The notes under the pieces were generated by a model. The model had not been told where the DNA came from. It saw only the letters and a program-made list of their open reading frames with translations, and made no database searches. From Eledone cirrhosa (Eukaryota): a DNA stretch of 64,000 bases. The position numbers and the translations under genes were made by a program. Positions 52,375 through 64,000 of this stretch are shown here, piece after piece (the stretch's first letter is position 1; each line of letters starts with the position of its first letter). The stretch spans positions 39,370,001 through 39,434,000 of the forward strand of contig OZ024749.1 in assembly GCA_964016885.1 (NCBI GenBank). Reading direction: 5' to 3'.

Positions 52375-55300
52375 TACAAACATATAACATATAGTTGATA
52401 CTTACCAACATTTTGACAAGTGGTCATTAATTTATTATTTGATATTACTCCAAATTCCTGTTTATAAAAGAAAAAAAATAATGATTTAGCAAATACATTT
52501 GAAATTATCAAGAGAGAAAGTAAATCCTAAATTTCATCATCCTTATTTTCTTTTTTTTCTTTCCATACTGGTATAAAATGAAAAGGTGTGTAGAACAGCA
52601 TCTCTCCAGAAGTTTCAATTCTGTATTTAATTAATTATTTTAATCAAAGACTTCATTGATCTATTGCTATCACAACTACCTTTCCTTGCCAAACCATTTA
52701 CCATGCATTATCCATTTATACAACATTTCCATATAAATAGAGTCGTCTTTTACACTTAAAGTAGTCAAATAATACTAATTCTTTACTCAGCTCATTTGCA
52801 AGAATGTCTGGCTAATGCAGTTTCATATGATGCAGGACATTAAAAGTTAATAAGCAACAATTAAGTAAAATCATTTGACTTCATTGATAAGGAAATAGAA
52901 ATGAATGGAATGATTAACCAGAAGTACACTGACCTCAACTTTGGAAGCTAAAAAAATACATGTTGGCGCCATTAACCATGGATCAATAGATCGGAGGGAA
53001 TTCCTGAAAATAAAGAAATTACAGACATCAAATAAAATTGTCCAATGTGTCAATAATAAGAGAAATAGCATTGAATGTATTCAATTTTTTGAGTCAAACT
53101 AGGAAATTTATGTTTTGATAAATGGTTTGGAAAAGGGATTAAAAATGTGAATGATATTTTAATAATTTATTTCTAGGATATAATTACATAAATGTTCAAC
53201 AATTTTGAAACTAACCTGAAACTACCTCTTAAATAAAAGGAATCTATTTTACAAAAAGAAACAAAAAAATAACACTGTAAAAAATATTATCCCAAATGTA
53301 TGTATGGACCCTTGATTGGGATACCATATTGGCATGCAGTATGTCTTGGGTATTTTAAACATGACAGTGGCCATTACTGTTTCTTTTTTAAATTTGTTTA
53401 ATTCTTTTTTTTTTTTTTTTTTATTAACCTCCAAGAAAATGAAAGCCAAAGTTGACCTCAGTGAGGTTTGAATGCAGAGAGTCGGAATGAAAACCGCAAA
53501 GCTTTCTATTGAACGTTTTAACAAATCTCACTACTTGCTGCCTCATTATCCCAATTACAGAAGTAATATATAATTACCTTGCATAAAATCTCTTGAAATA
53601 CACAGTAGCTGATGCTATAACTTGTTGCCGCATCTTCAATTGTTCTCCTAATGCCTGGATAACTGGGGAGAAACAAATAATAGCTGCAGAATAGCTCTTA
53701 AAACAGAAAGCAATAAAAATAGATAAGATCATCATCATCATTTAACATTTGTTTTAAGGGTTGGATGGGTCATCACAGACTACAAAATTAAATACACAAC
53801 CTATATCATCCAATTTTGAAAATTTGAAAAGTTTAATGAGTTTACTAACATTTTTTTTTGATGTCAAAACATCACTTAACAAAAATTTTTTAAATAAAAT
53901 TATGATGGAAGGTTTTATGAACATTTCAAAATGAGCAGCAGTTTTGTATCATAGAATCTTGGATGGTTTCAGGCACAGGTTGGTATTAATGGTTAATTAT
54001 TGTAGGATTGTTGTTTAGTTCTTTATCATCCTTATCGGCCTCTCATACAATACTGTGCTTGGACAAGATGACAACCTACTACCTGGAGCTTGGTAAGACT
54101 TTGTTGCTATTTCTAATGTTTAATTTTTCTTATAATGTTGTATTGTATCTGAAGATATTGAAATATTTATTATCAACGTTTTCTAATAATGTTTAGTTTC
54201 TCTTATAATGTTGTATTATATGTGAAGATGTAGAAATATTTATTATCAACGTTTTCTAATAATGTTTAGTTTCTCTTATAATGTTGTATTATATGTGAAG
54301 ATGTAGAAATATTTATTATCAACGTTTTCTAATAATGTTTAGTTTCTCTTATAGTGTTGTATTATATGTGAAGATGTGGAAATATTTATTATCAACGTTT
54401 TCTAATAATGTTCAGTTTCCTTTATAATGTTGCATTGTATGTGAAGATATAGAAATATTTATTATCAACCTTTTCTAATAATGTTTAGTTTTTTTACTTA
54501 TAAGGTTGAATTATATGTGAAGATGTAGAAGTTTCCTTCTAATGATGAGGCTAAGTCGACTCTAATAACAGAGTTTCTGCCCCTTGCTTTCCTGAAACTA
54601 TAAAACTATTTCCAGTTATAACATAAGTATTATTACCACTTCGCAGAAAAACTAATAAATATGTTATATGTAGTGGTAGATTGGCAGAAGTAGTAAAGCG
54701 TTGATAAAATGCTACTGTGGCATTTGTTCTTTATATTCTGAGTTCAGCTTTGCCTTTCACCCTTCGAGGGGGGGGGGGGGTCAATAAAATAAAATACCAG
54801 CCAAGTACTGGGGTTAATTTAATCAACTTTGTCCTTCCTCTAAAATATGTTGACCTTGTGTCTAAATTAGAAGTAAGTTATAATGGTTTCTGATTTAGGT
54901 ACTAAGCCAACAATTCTTTGGGAAAGAGAAAGTCAGCTAAATCGTCCCCAGTGCATTACTGGTACTTTATTTTATCCACCCAGCACGGATGAAAGGCAAA
55001 GCTAACCTCAGCAGCATTTGAACTCAGAACACAAAGGGACGTAACTCTGTGCCGTAAAGCATGTCCGACGCTCTGCCGTTACTGCCAATCTACAGCAGTC
55101 AGTTATAATGACGTATCATATACTTACAATTTGAATAAAAGACCATAATTTTCTGATATTCATCTTCACTGAGGACTTTCAGATCAGCTTGCCTTTCTCT
55201 GAGTATATCTTGGCGGTCCAACAACCACTGTTGGCTAAATATGACAGATTAGAACATACTGAATAGTTGAAACTACAAGAATAAAATTTAATCAAAACTG

Positions 55301-56060
55301 CACAGAATAAATGAAGTACACTTAAGATCCCTTCCAATGAAATTTACATATTCTAAATAAAATTATCACTGAGAGAGAGATTTGTTGCAGGAGTCGGGAT
55401 TTTACATATCTCTATACCTACTCTGCATCTCCCCAAGCATTGAGTACTCCAATGATTAGTGGTCTCTTCGGTTTCAGCACCACATACTCTCTCTCTCTCT
55501 TTCTCATATATATAATTAAATTGAATGGTTTGGACTTAGCACCATTTATCCTAACACAAATACTAGAATATTCGTATAGAGGCTTCAGGAAAACAAGAAA
55601 CTGACCACCGATCCCATAATCCTGCAGAACCTTCCACAACAGGTTCCATGGAATGCAGTCATATAGCTTTTCGAGGTCTACGAAACAAACATATACCTCT
55701 TGGCATTACTCCCACGATTTCTCAAAGACAGTGTGAACATTTGGTCGGCTGTGCTGCGTCCGGACCGAAAAGCACATTGTTCGTCAACTAGATTGGACTC
55801 GACAATATGCCTACATTTCTTTGCCAGTCAGGAAGCATAGACTTTATTGGGGAGGCGTAACAAAGAGATCCCTCTATAATCGGAGTAATTTTTTTTATCC
55901 CCCTTATTGAAAATTGCGATTATCCACGAGCTTGGCTGGTCTCGCTTGGAGATCCAGCCGGACCAATTGGAGACGGACTCACTGGATGGCTTGCTTGAGT
56001 TCTGTCCCCACGACCCCCCAGGAGTAAGTGGGCGAGAAGATATATATATGTGTGTGTGTG

Positions 56061-56091
<31 letters not shown>

Positions 56092-56356
56092 TTGATTAGC
56101 GAGTCAGTTGATTTGCGGCACACATACACATATTGTATATATATACACCCACAAATTATACTTATGGACACATGAGAATCTATATAGTTAGCTGTGTGTA
56201 TATATATATAAATATATGCAAGTTATATCTATATACACATGAAGAAATATATATATAGTTAGCTATATACGAAATAAAAATAGAACTTGGAAAAGAAGTT
56301 TTAAAAGGCAAAGATTAAACTTACTAATGAGAACTTTGCCAGAAATTACCGGCCAT
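43165..56356 (-). CDS. CCNC: Cyclin C (CDK8/Mediator kinase module), 289 aa; exons 56356-56325, 55234-55128, 53662-53578, 53003-52934, 52457-52406, 51902-51811, 50825-50734, 50282-50215, 49402-49323, 49214-49096, 43237-43165
   Basis: GT-AG introns with consistent phases, 870 nt CDS. Translation: MAGNFWQSSHYQQWLLD, RQQVIASATVYFKRFYARNSL, APTCIFLASKVEEFG, LECEFYLLEMMDCCLVLYHPYRPL, AWRIVNDSLRTD, WFAELSVDMDKVLEI, KMPKPK, QGPNG. Confidence 0.96.
45792..46167 (+). repeat. 38-bp minisatellite, about 10 copies
   Basis: Unit ttctacttatacaaccttatgatctacagatgctgttt, degenerating at the right end. Confidence 0.92.
51020..51310 (+). repeat. 132-bp tandem duplication (2.2 copies) inside a decayed repeat
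   Basis: Units start at 51020, 51152 and 51284 and are almost identical. Confidence 0.9.
54001..54190 (+). pseudogene. Inverted, frameshifted duplicate of CCNC exon 7 plus its downstream intron, inside CCNC intron 2
   Basis: 54006-54092 is the reverse complement of 50734-50825 with a 5-nt deletion (tgtgct[gatct]tgga) and GTA>GGA. It keeps ag/gtaag flanks and continues into intron-7 sequence. Confidence 0.93.
54115..54530 (+). repeat. 73-bp minisatellite, about 5.7 copies
   Basis: Unit starts at 54115, 54188, 54261, 54334, 54407 and 54480. The unit is the reverse complement of single-copy sequence at about 50640-50712. Confidence 0.92.
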
Positions 56357-59346
56357 TGTTCATTCTGAAAGAAACTCTTTTAAAATAAAAGGTAATAATA
56401 ATTCCGTGACTGTCATTTTCTTATCTCCCTCTTATTGGTCGCTCTTCTTTATCACACACACTCTCTCTCTTTAACAATTTCTCTCTCTTGTTATTATTCT
56501 CTTTCTCAAACGCTCTCTTTCTCTCTCATTATCACTGTCTCTCTCTATTTATCAATTTCTCTCTCACTTACCAGTCATTACTTTTTCTCTTTTTAATATT
56601 TTATTACTTGTTCCAAATAGTTTGTCTGTCCATGCGTTTCTTTAAATTAAACAATTTTAATTTAGAAAAAAATTCTGTAAAGTTTTCTTACCAGATAATT
56701 ATAGAAACAGACGAATTTAAAATTTAAAAAAATCTTTCCTGAAATTAATAAAATGTGAAATGTTGCGTTTCCTAAGGAAATATTTTCCAGACGCTCTTGT
56801 TGATATAATATATTAAGACGTATGTCTTAATATGATATATATTATGTTATATATATATATATGTGTGTGTCTTAATATATATATATCATAATATATTATA
56901 TATTTCTCTACAAATATGTTTTGATTTACTACTTCACCTAACGCCATACACACTAAAGAAAAACAAGATATGAAAATAAGGAAACATTTAGTTTACATAA
57001 GCTGGTTCATTTGGTTCTTCAGTTTTTTTTTCTGTCACAAATCTTTAAAACCTATAAAAGCATTTTCTATTCTTCTTTTGTGATCAAAATATAATTTTAG
57101 AATGTTTTTTTTTTTAACTGTTATACTTTGGCATGGTCATATTGCCCATCGAAAACACACGCACCACTTCAGTTTCAGTTGTTAGGTAAAGGACCGTAAT
57201 CGATAGAGTGTCGGACTACATACTTTGGGGCATATAGTTACGGCTCTTTTCATCTGACTCCCCCAGGTTAGCGTTGCCTTTCATCCATACGTGGTCGATA
57301 AAATAAAGTACCAGTAATGCACTGGTTCGATGTAATCGACTTTACTTTCTCTTCAAATTGCTGGCCTTGTCCAAAAAGTAAAAAAAGTATTAGGTAAAGG
57401 CAGTGGATAAATGCCTAGCAGTATTTGTTTGGGCTCAACACTTTGAGTTCAAATTCAGCCAAGGTCAGCTTTGCCTTTCATCCTTCCGGGGTCGATAAAA
57501 TAAAGTACCAGTCAATTACTAGATTCGATATAATTGACTTTCCCCTTCTCCAAATTGCTGATCTAGTTCCAATGTTAGAAACAATTATTAATCAGGTAAA
57601 TGATCTATTGTTCGATTAGTTTAATAACCAGATGGTTATTTAATTGTCAAAGCTCTTTCGTCACACATTCTGTGACTTTCTCAATGACTATATTTCCCTG
57701 CTTGTTTTATTTACTCCATTTTGTCTTTCTGTTTTCTGACTTACTTTTTTCAACTATTTTTATCGTTTCACACGCATATATACATACACACATACATAAA
57801 ACACACACATGTGCCCACGCACACACATCTATACTTACATATATATTTTACACCTAAATTGTTTTCTCATGACCCAGGCCCGTATGTAAATTATAATATA
57901 TTATTCATTTCAAATATTTACCTATTCGCTAGCGTTTTATGTCACTAGCTCATTCTTAATAATACCCTTTATTAGAAAATATATAAACAACTCCGGCCTT
58001 CACTCTAATAACCTTTGTTTTATTCCCTTAAGAAATGAAATAGTCGTCTCGTCAGGTTTACATTAGGAGATATACAATATAAACGGATTTACTGTAAAGA
58101 TTATCATTAATAATCCCTCGGGAAAAACAGACATTGGGATGAAAGGTAAGGATGAGTGATAATTAAAATGTTAATTGATTGTCATAAACTTTATTTTTCT
58201 AATATAGTTTTGTTTATTTTAAACTATGTAGCCGTTTTTATGATTCTCATATTTCCCCATAAAAAATATTTTTTAAATAAGATTCTAACTTTAATTACCC
58301 AGACTATAAACTTCTTCATTAGGAACCAATATTCGCAATATTTACATTTATCGCTGTATTAGGTTTTCATCTTCGATCGCCAGCAGATGTTTTCTGGTTC
58401 GTCTAAGACTAGATTTGAATCAGCAAGAATGTTATAAACAGTTTAAAGTAGCAACAGCGGTTCCCAGTTCGAATCCTGTCTCAATTTGTGTACACACACC
58501 TACCTACAAATTGATACACACACACACCTACCTACAAATTGATACACACACACCTACATACACGCGTATAGACATTCAGGAATAAGACACCCGATGACGA
58601 TCAGAAGTGAATGGAATGTTGTGTTGACGTAAATATGAGGTCAGTGTATCGGAAATAACTGATAATCTAAGTTATTCGAAATATTTAAGATTTGTATAGT
58701 TATCTACAAATGGGTTAGTATACATACTTTTACACAAATGGGTTAGTATACATATTTTGACAGAATAAATCAACATATATACATATATAGTAATAGATAT
58801 AGATATATAGATAGGGAGTTACTAGTTAAGACTTAAGCTTAGTAGGCGATGCTTAAGAAAGTGTAGGCATTATAATTGTCTTCACTACGACTGAGCTCAT
58901 AGTGTTTCGACATTAATAAAAATATATATATTATATTAAAGTTTCAGTTTTAATCAACGTACAAATGGTTCTTTTCTGGTTGACTGAGGTAAAATGTTTG
59001 TTACTAACTATTGGAGTAATTTCCCCTTAGTAAGGGATTAACTCAGTGTAGTGGGATATGGTGGCGCTATTGTGGAGGGCACGTGACATGGAGGTATTCC
59101 CCCACATTTCGTTCTGCTGTCCAGCTCAATGGCTTTTCATTTTACTGGATTAATTACAAGTTGCCCAGGTATGCCGTTCAATATTATTTCATAGACATAA
59201 CTTTTGGATAATCATTATGTTATTTTGTCTTTCTTATCGTCTCTCGAAACCTCAAGAATTCCTTAGATATATATCTTCAATCATTGTTAACCTGCGTATA
59301 TATAAGGATGTATGTACATGGATGGATATATATATATATAAGGATG

Positions 59347-59417
<71 letters not shown>

Positions 59418-59627
59418 ATATCTATATTATATATATAATTAAGAATGGTTTTGCGGAGGGGATCGGGAAGAAATCGCAGTTAAATAAGGTACTCAATACA
59501 TTAGTAGAGATAATATAAATTTGGTTCATATAGAAACTACTTCTACAGAACTAGAACTGTTTCATTTGATATCATCAAACGAACCAAACAGTTCTAGTCC
59601 CGTAGAAGTCATTTCTATTTGAACCAT

Positions 59628-59664
<37 letters not shown>

Positions 59665-60322
59665 AGATATATATATGTATGTGTGTCTAGATATATATAT
59701 ATATATGTGTGAGTGTGTGTTTGTGAGAATATAGCAGCCACAGGTTCAGAAATTTTAAGGATTTAAAGAAAGAATAACTTTACACTGTACAAAAATTCTC
59801 GTAAATTTTAACTTTATATGAAATTCTTAAGAAGCATATTATGGTTATTGAAAAATTAATATCGATGAGCAGATTGTAAAGTTGTATTTATTCCTTAAGA
59901 TCGCTAAACCAATAATTTCTACAATGTTGTTTAATTATATTTTCACATTTCCTCTCATTTGCTACCATTGTTGTGTCACGCGAACACTCTGAGCTGTGAA
60001 TTAAATTAAAAAGCACTTATCACGATCTAGCAGTAATATCAGGTCTAGGCTCTCTATACGTGTTTATATATCTATATATATGTTCTTATTCATATTTATG
60101 TATGAATGCATATGTATATATATATATATATATATATAAATGCACATTTATGCATATATGTGGATATGTATGGATGCATATATGTATGGATATATATATA
60201 TATATGAATGTATATATATATATGAATGTATATATATAATGTGTATATATATATATATATATACACATATATATATATATATTAAGTATGGATGAGGTGT
60301 CAAATTTTCATTAAGATTATTT

Positions 60323-60413
60323 AGATGTGACGCGCGTTTCGCGATTGATCAGCTCAAGGTTCGATCTCTATCGATCGGGCCCGACTCTGGAATCAAAAGC
60401 TCATCAGACTTCT
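60323..60413 (-). ncRNA. Type I hammerhead ribozyme with extended stem II in a ~145-bp (TA)n-flanked element
   Basis: On -: agaagt-CTGATGA-gc..(56 nt)..gc-GAAA-cgcgcg-TC-acatct. Palindromic stem III, GUC site. Confidence 0.85.
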
Positions 60414-60965
60414 CTCTGCTTAATCAATATATATATATATATAAATGAAAGTATAGAAATTATTGTGAGCGTGAAGCCAACAGTATTTCATAATATATAA
60501 GTGACTATAACGTCAAAATGGAAAAATAGTTAACGTAAGATGTGGGAAAATAATTCAAACTCAATTAAAAAAAAAAAAATCAAGACATTGACTTATCCAC
60601 AGAATTTTGTGAAATCCAGGGAAAAATCAATAGAGCCTTAATTCAGAATAAAATAAAGTCTAACGTGTTCACACTAAATGTGGTTGGCGTTAGGAAAGGC
60701 ATCCAGCCGTATAAACGAAGCCAGAATTATTTCTGTATGAGCAAAACACGATTATCTGATCTGGCTTCTCTCGTGTATGTGTGTATACATATATATATAT
60801 ATATTTGTGTGTGTATATATATATATGTATGTGTGTATATATGTATGTGTGTGTATATATATGTATGTGTGTGTGTGTATATGTATGTATGTGTATATAT
60901 ATATGTATGTATATATATATGTGTGTGTGCATATATATATATATATGTATGTATGTGTATATATG

Positions 60966-61038
<73 letters not shown>

Positions 61039-61118
61039 ATATATATATATACGTTTCTAGTTGACGACTGAGTGAAAAAGAGTACTCAATATCGAAGTGA
61101 AGTTTAAATTTAGAGTTT

Positions 61119-61162
61119 CTTGTCTGATGACCCTGTGACAGACGAAATACCAGAGTGACAAG
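61119..61162 (+). ncRNA. Hammerhead-like motif with non-cleavable UG site in a (TA)n-flanked element (61050-61163)
   Basis: cttgt-CTGATGA-ccctgtgacagac-GAAA-taccagag-TG-acaag. Perfect 5-bp stem I. Confidence 0.6.
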
Positions 61163-61569
61163 TATATATACCCAATATCTACACACACATGTAGATACAT
61201 ACGTTCTAGTCTGTCTAAATATAACTAGTGACCGGAATTGACTTGAAAATATCATATTTAAGTAGTTATACACCCGTTCATATTTCTACCACTCTTTTAG
61301 TCAGGGTGGGGCACAGTTTTTTTTCTTTAAATATAAAACCACTCACTGAATGTTTAAAATCCTCAATAATCGAAAGGAATTTCTGTAAAATGGCATACGT
61401 GAATTTGTTACGATTAATTTAGTTGATATTTTTTTTACAATTATTGTGTTTTTAAAATTTAGAAAACCGTCAAATGTCAAAAGATTTGGTTGTTGTTCTT
61501 TTTTTAAAGTCAATTATGTATATCCCAACACAAACGTATTATGGTATTTCGTTCGTAAACATAAACGTG

Positions 61570-61664
61570 CACGCACACATATATATATACATACATACAT
61601 ATATATATATACACATACATGCATGCATGCATGCATGCATACATACATACATACATACACATAC

Positions 61665-61704
<40 letters not shown>

Positions 61705-61778
61705 ACACATACATACATGCATGCATGCATGCATACATACATACATACACATACATACACATACATATATATACATAC

Positions 61779-61814
<36 letters not shown>

Positions 61815-61896
61815 ACATATATATACATACATATATATATATACATATATATATATACATATATATATATATACATATACATATATATACATACAC

Positions 61897-61941
<45 letters not shown>

Positions 61942-62416
61942 CATATATACATACATATATACATACATACATATATATATACATACATATATATATACAT
62001 ATATATATACATACATACATATATATATACATATATATATACATACATATATATATACATACATATATATATACATACATATATATATACATACATATAT
62101 ATATACATATATATATACATACATACATATATATATACATACATATATATATACATACATATATATATACATACATATATATATACATACATATATATAT
62201 ACATACATATATATATACATACATATATATATACATACACATATATATACATACACATATATATACATACACATATATATATACATACACATATATATAT
62301 ACATACACATATATATATACATACACATATATATACATATACACATATATATATATACATATACATATATATATACATACATATACATACATATATATAT
62401 ACATACATATACATAC

Positions 62417-62449
<33 letters not shown>

Positions 62450-62450
62450 C

Positions 62451-62485
<35 letters not shown>

Positions 62486-62500
62486 CATATATATATATAT
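61570..62500. repeat. ~0.9-kb compound (TA)/(CATA) microsatellite (similar at 5345-5715, 13515-13730, 15575-15930, 60775-61050)
   Basis: Direct inspection; source of the YI/HT-rich ORFs. Confidence 0.95.
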
Positions 62501-63559
62501 AGCACATTCTTCACAATTTTTTTTATTTCATTTGATTCACATCCCAAATATCAGAAGATCCTTGGCTATATTAACTGAATTCATTGCGAATTTCTAAATA
62601 GAATACTAAAAATACGAAAACCAAACCTTATTTGCTTCAATTAATAATTAATGGAATGATATTTACTTAAGTTGAACTAAATTTGGGATCGGTAATGGCT
62701 TTTCTATTTTTGGTACTACTCGTCTGAGAGAGACAGGCTGGGGGTGTAATTTAGTCTGTTGTGTACATCTCAGTACTATCAGAATCAATGGACCCCAAGA
62801 GTAATAAATAAAACCGTAATTTAGACTTAGTGTGCAATTTACTTATACATTGTTTACTTTTGTTTTTTTACTAACCATTAGGTAGTCTACGCTTCATTGA
62901 ACTGTTTCATAATTTCTAGAAAAGTTAAAACCCTTAAAATACACTTTTTAACTTGTCTGAGCAGAGCAAAAATAACTTAATATCTTATCTGAGCTACCTT
63001 TGAAAAGGAGACTTCAAGTTCAAGTTGCCCCATTTCAGACAAAGTGGAGAGATGATACCTCCTATTTATTTTATTGTACTTAAAAGGATATGAACGACAA
63101 AAGATAATCAGTTTTCTTTACTAATAACTATCATTAATTTCAATAGGGGCGTTTCACTTTAGGTGTACAAAATAAAATTGCAAGGTACCTGCTTTCGCGT
63201 TTGAATTTTTTTAGTCGATAAACTGAAAAATTTTGTGATTCTTTATTTATTTTCGATGTCGACCTTAGTTATTTGTCGCCGACAAATTCACTCAACGAGG
63301 CACCACAGTTGAGTATAAGTTCCAGTAAAGAATCTTGCCTAAGCTGCGCGAAAACTGACACATTTCGCTCAATTCTATTTTATTATCAAGCTTTTCCTTA
63401 ATTACCATGTTGTTGTCTGTCCGGTTATATACCTAAAATGAAACATCCCTATTTAAGTTATTTAGCTTATAATTTATAAGGAATGATTTTACAGTGAAGA
63501 ATACACTTCTACGACTGAAGTGTAAATATCCTGTAAGTTATGATATATATCTATATATA

Positions 63560-63770
63560 TATATTTGAAAAAAGAAAAAAGAATGACTTCACTTGTAGTT
63601 CTAAACAATTTAATTTTATATTATAATTTTACAATTTGGTTAGATCTACAAAACCAAATTGTAAAATTATAATATAAAATTTAATTGTTAGAACTACAAA
63701 TGAAGTCATTCTTTTCCTTGTTTCAAATATACCTAACTGTACCAAGGATTTCACACATTTTCCAATATAT
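63560..63770. mobile_element. Asymmetric inverted-repeat insertion between (TA)n tracts
   Basis: Arms about 63574-63640 and 63652-63717 plus a tail to about 63766. No intact ribozyme core. Confidence 0.65.
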
Positions 63771-64000
63771 ATATATGTATATATATATATGTATGTATGT
63801 GTGTGTATATATGTATATATATATATACACACGGATAATCGTGTCTGAAATTTCTATTTTCCCCCTATTAAATTTGGTTCTCGGTACATACTGTGTGTGT
63901 GTGAATGCTTGCTTTCTTGTATTACTCGTAAACTTAAGTAATTAGCTTGGTTAATGACACAATTCTGATTTGAATTTCACCGATTATTTTTATTGTGGTT

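Noticed and set aside
54006-54092. Second cyclin C gene or mutually exclusive exon
   Set aside because: Opposite strand to CCNC, 5-nt frameshift, and no other duplicated exons.
58590-58665. C/D snoRNA-like ATGACGA...CTGA
   Set aside because: Imperfect C box, no terminal stem and no identified host intron.
61446-62597. Six overlapping 320-380 aa YI/HT/CV ORFs (similar at 5316-5876, 7072-7866, 15489-16054, 60665-61273)
   Set aside because: Translations of (TA)/(CA) microsatellites in all frames.

Overview
AT-rich, microsatellite- and transposon-dense animal genomic DNA. The SINE/RTE/CR1 repertoire and (TA)n/(CA)n/(GAT)n load suggest an octopus/coleoid cephalopod (inference). Two spliced genes converge tail-to-tail: an NADP-type malic enzyme on + (12 firm coding exons 28066-40347, plus up to three candidate alternative first exons at 19.9-22.7 kb) and cyclin C on - (11 coding exons 56356-43165, 289 aa). 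Most ORF-track entries are microsatellite artefacts. Two things stand out. (1) A dense set of short, often asymmetric fold-back elements inserted in (TA)n tracts carries minimal type I hammerhead ribozyme cores (intact at ~25.7, 29.4 and 60.4 kb), alongside a 5'-truncated Penelope-like GIY-YIG element at 11.2-13.5 kb. (2) An inverted, frameshifted copy of cyclin C exon 7 sits inside intron 2 of the same gene, could fold the pre-mRNA into a long dsRNA, and has spawned a 73-bp minisatellite. All calls were made by eye; no database searches were run.
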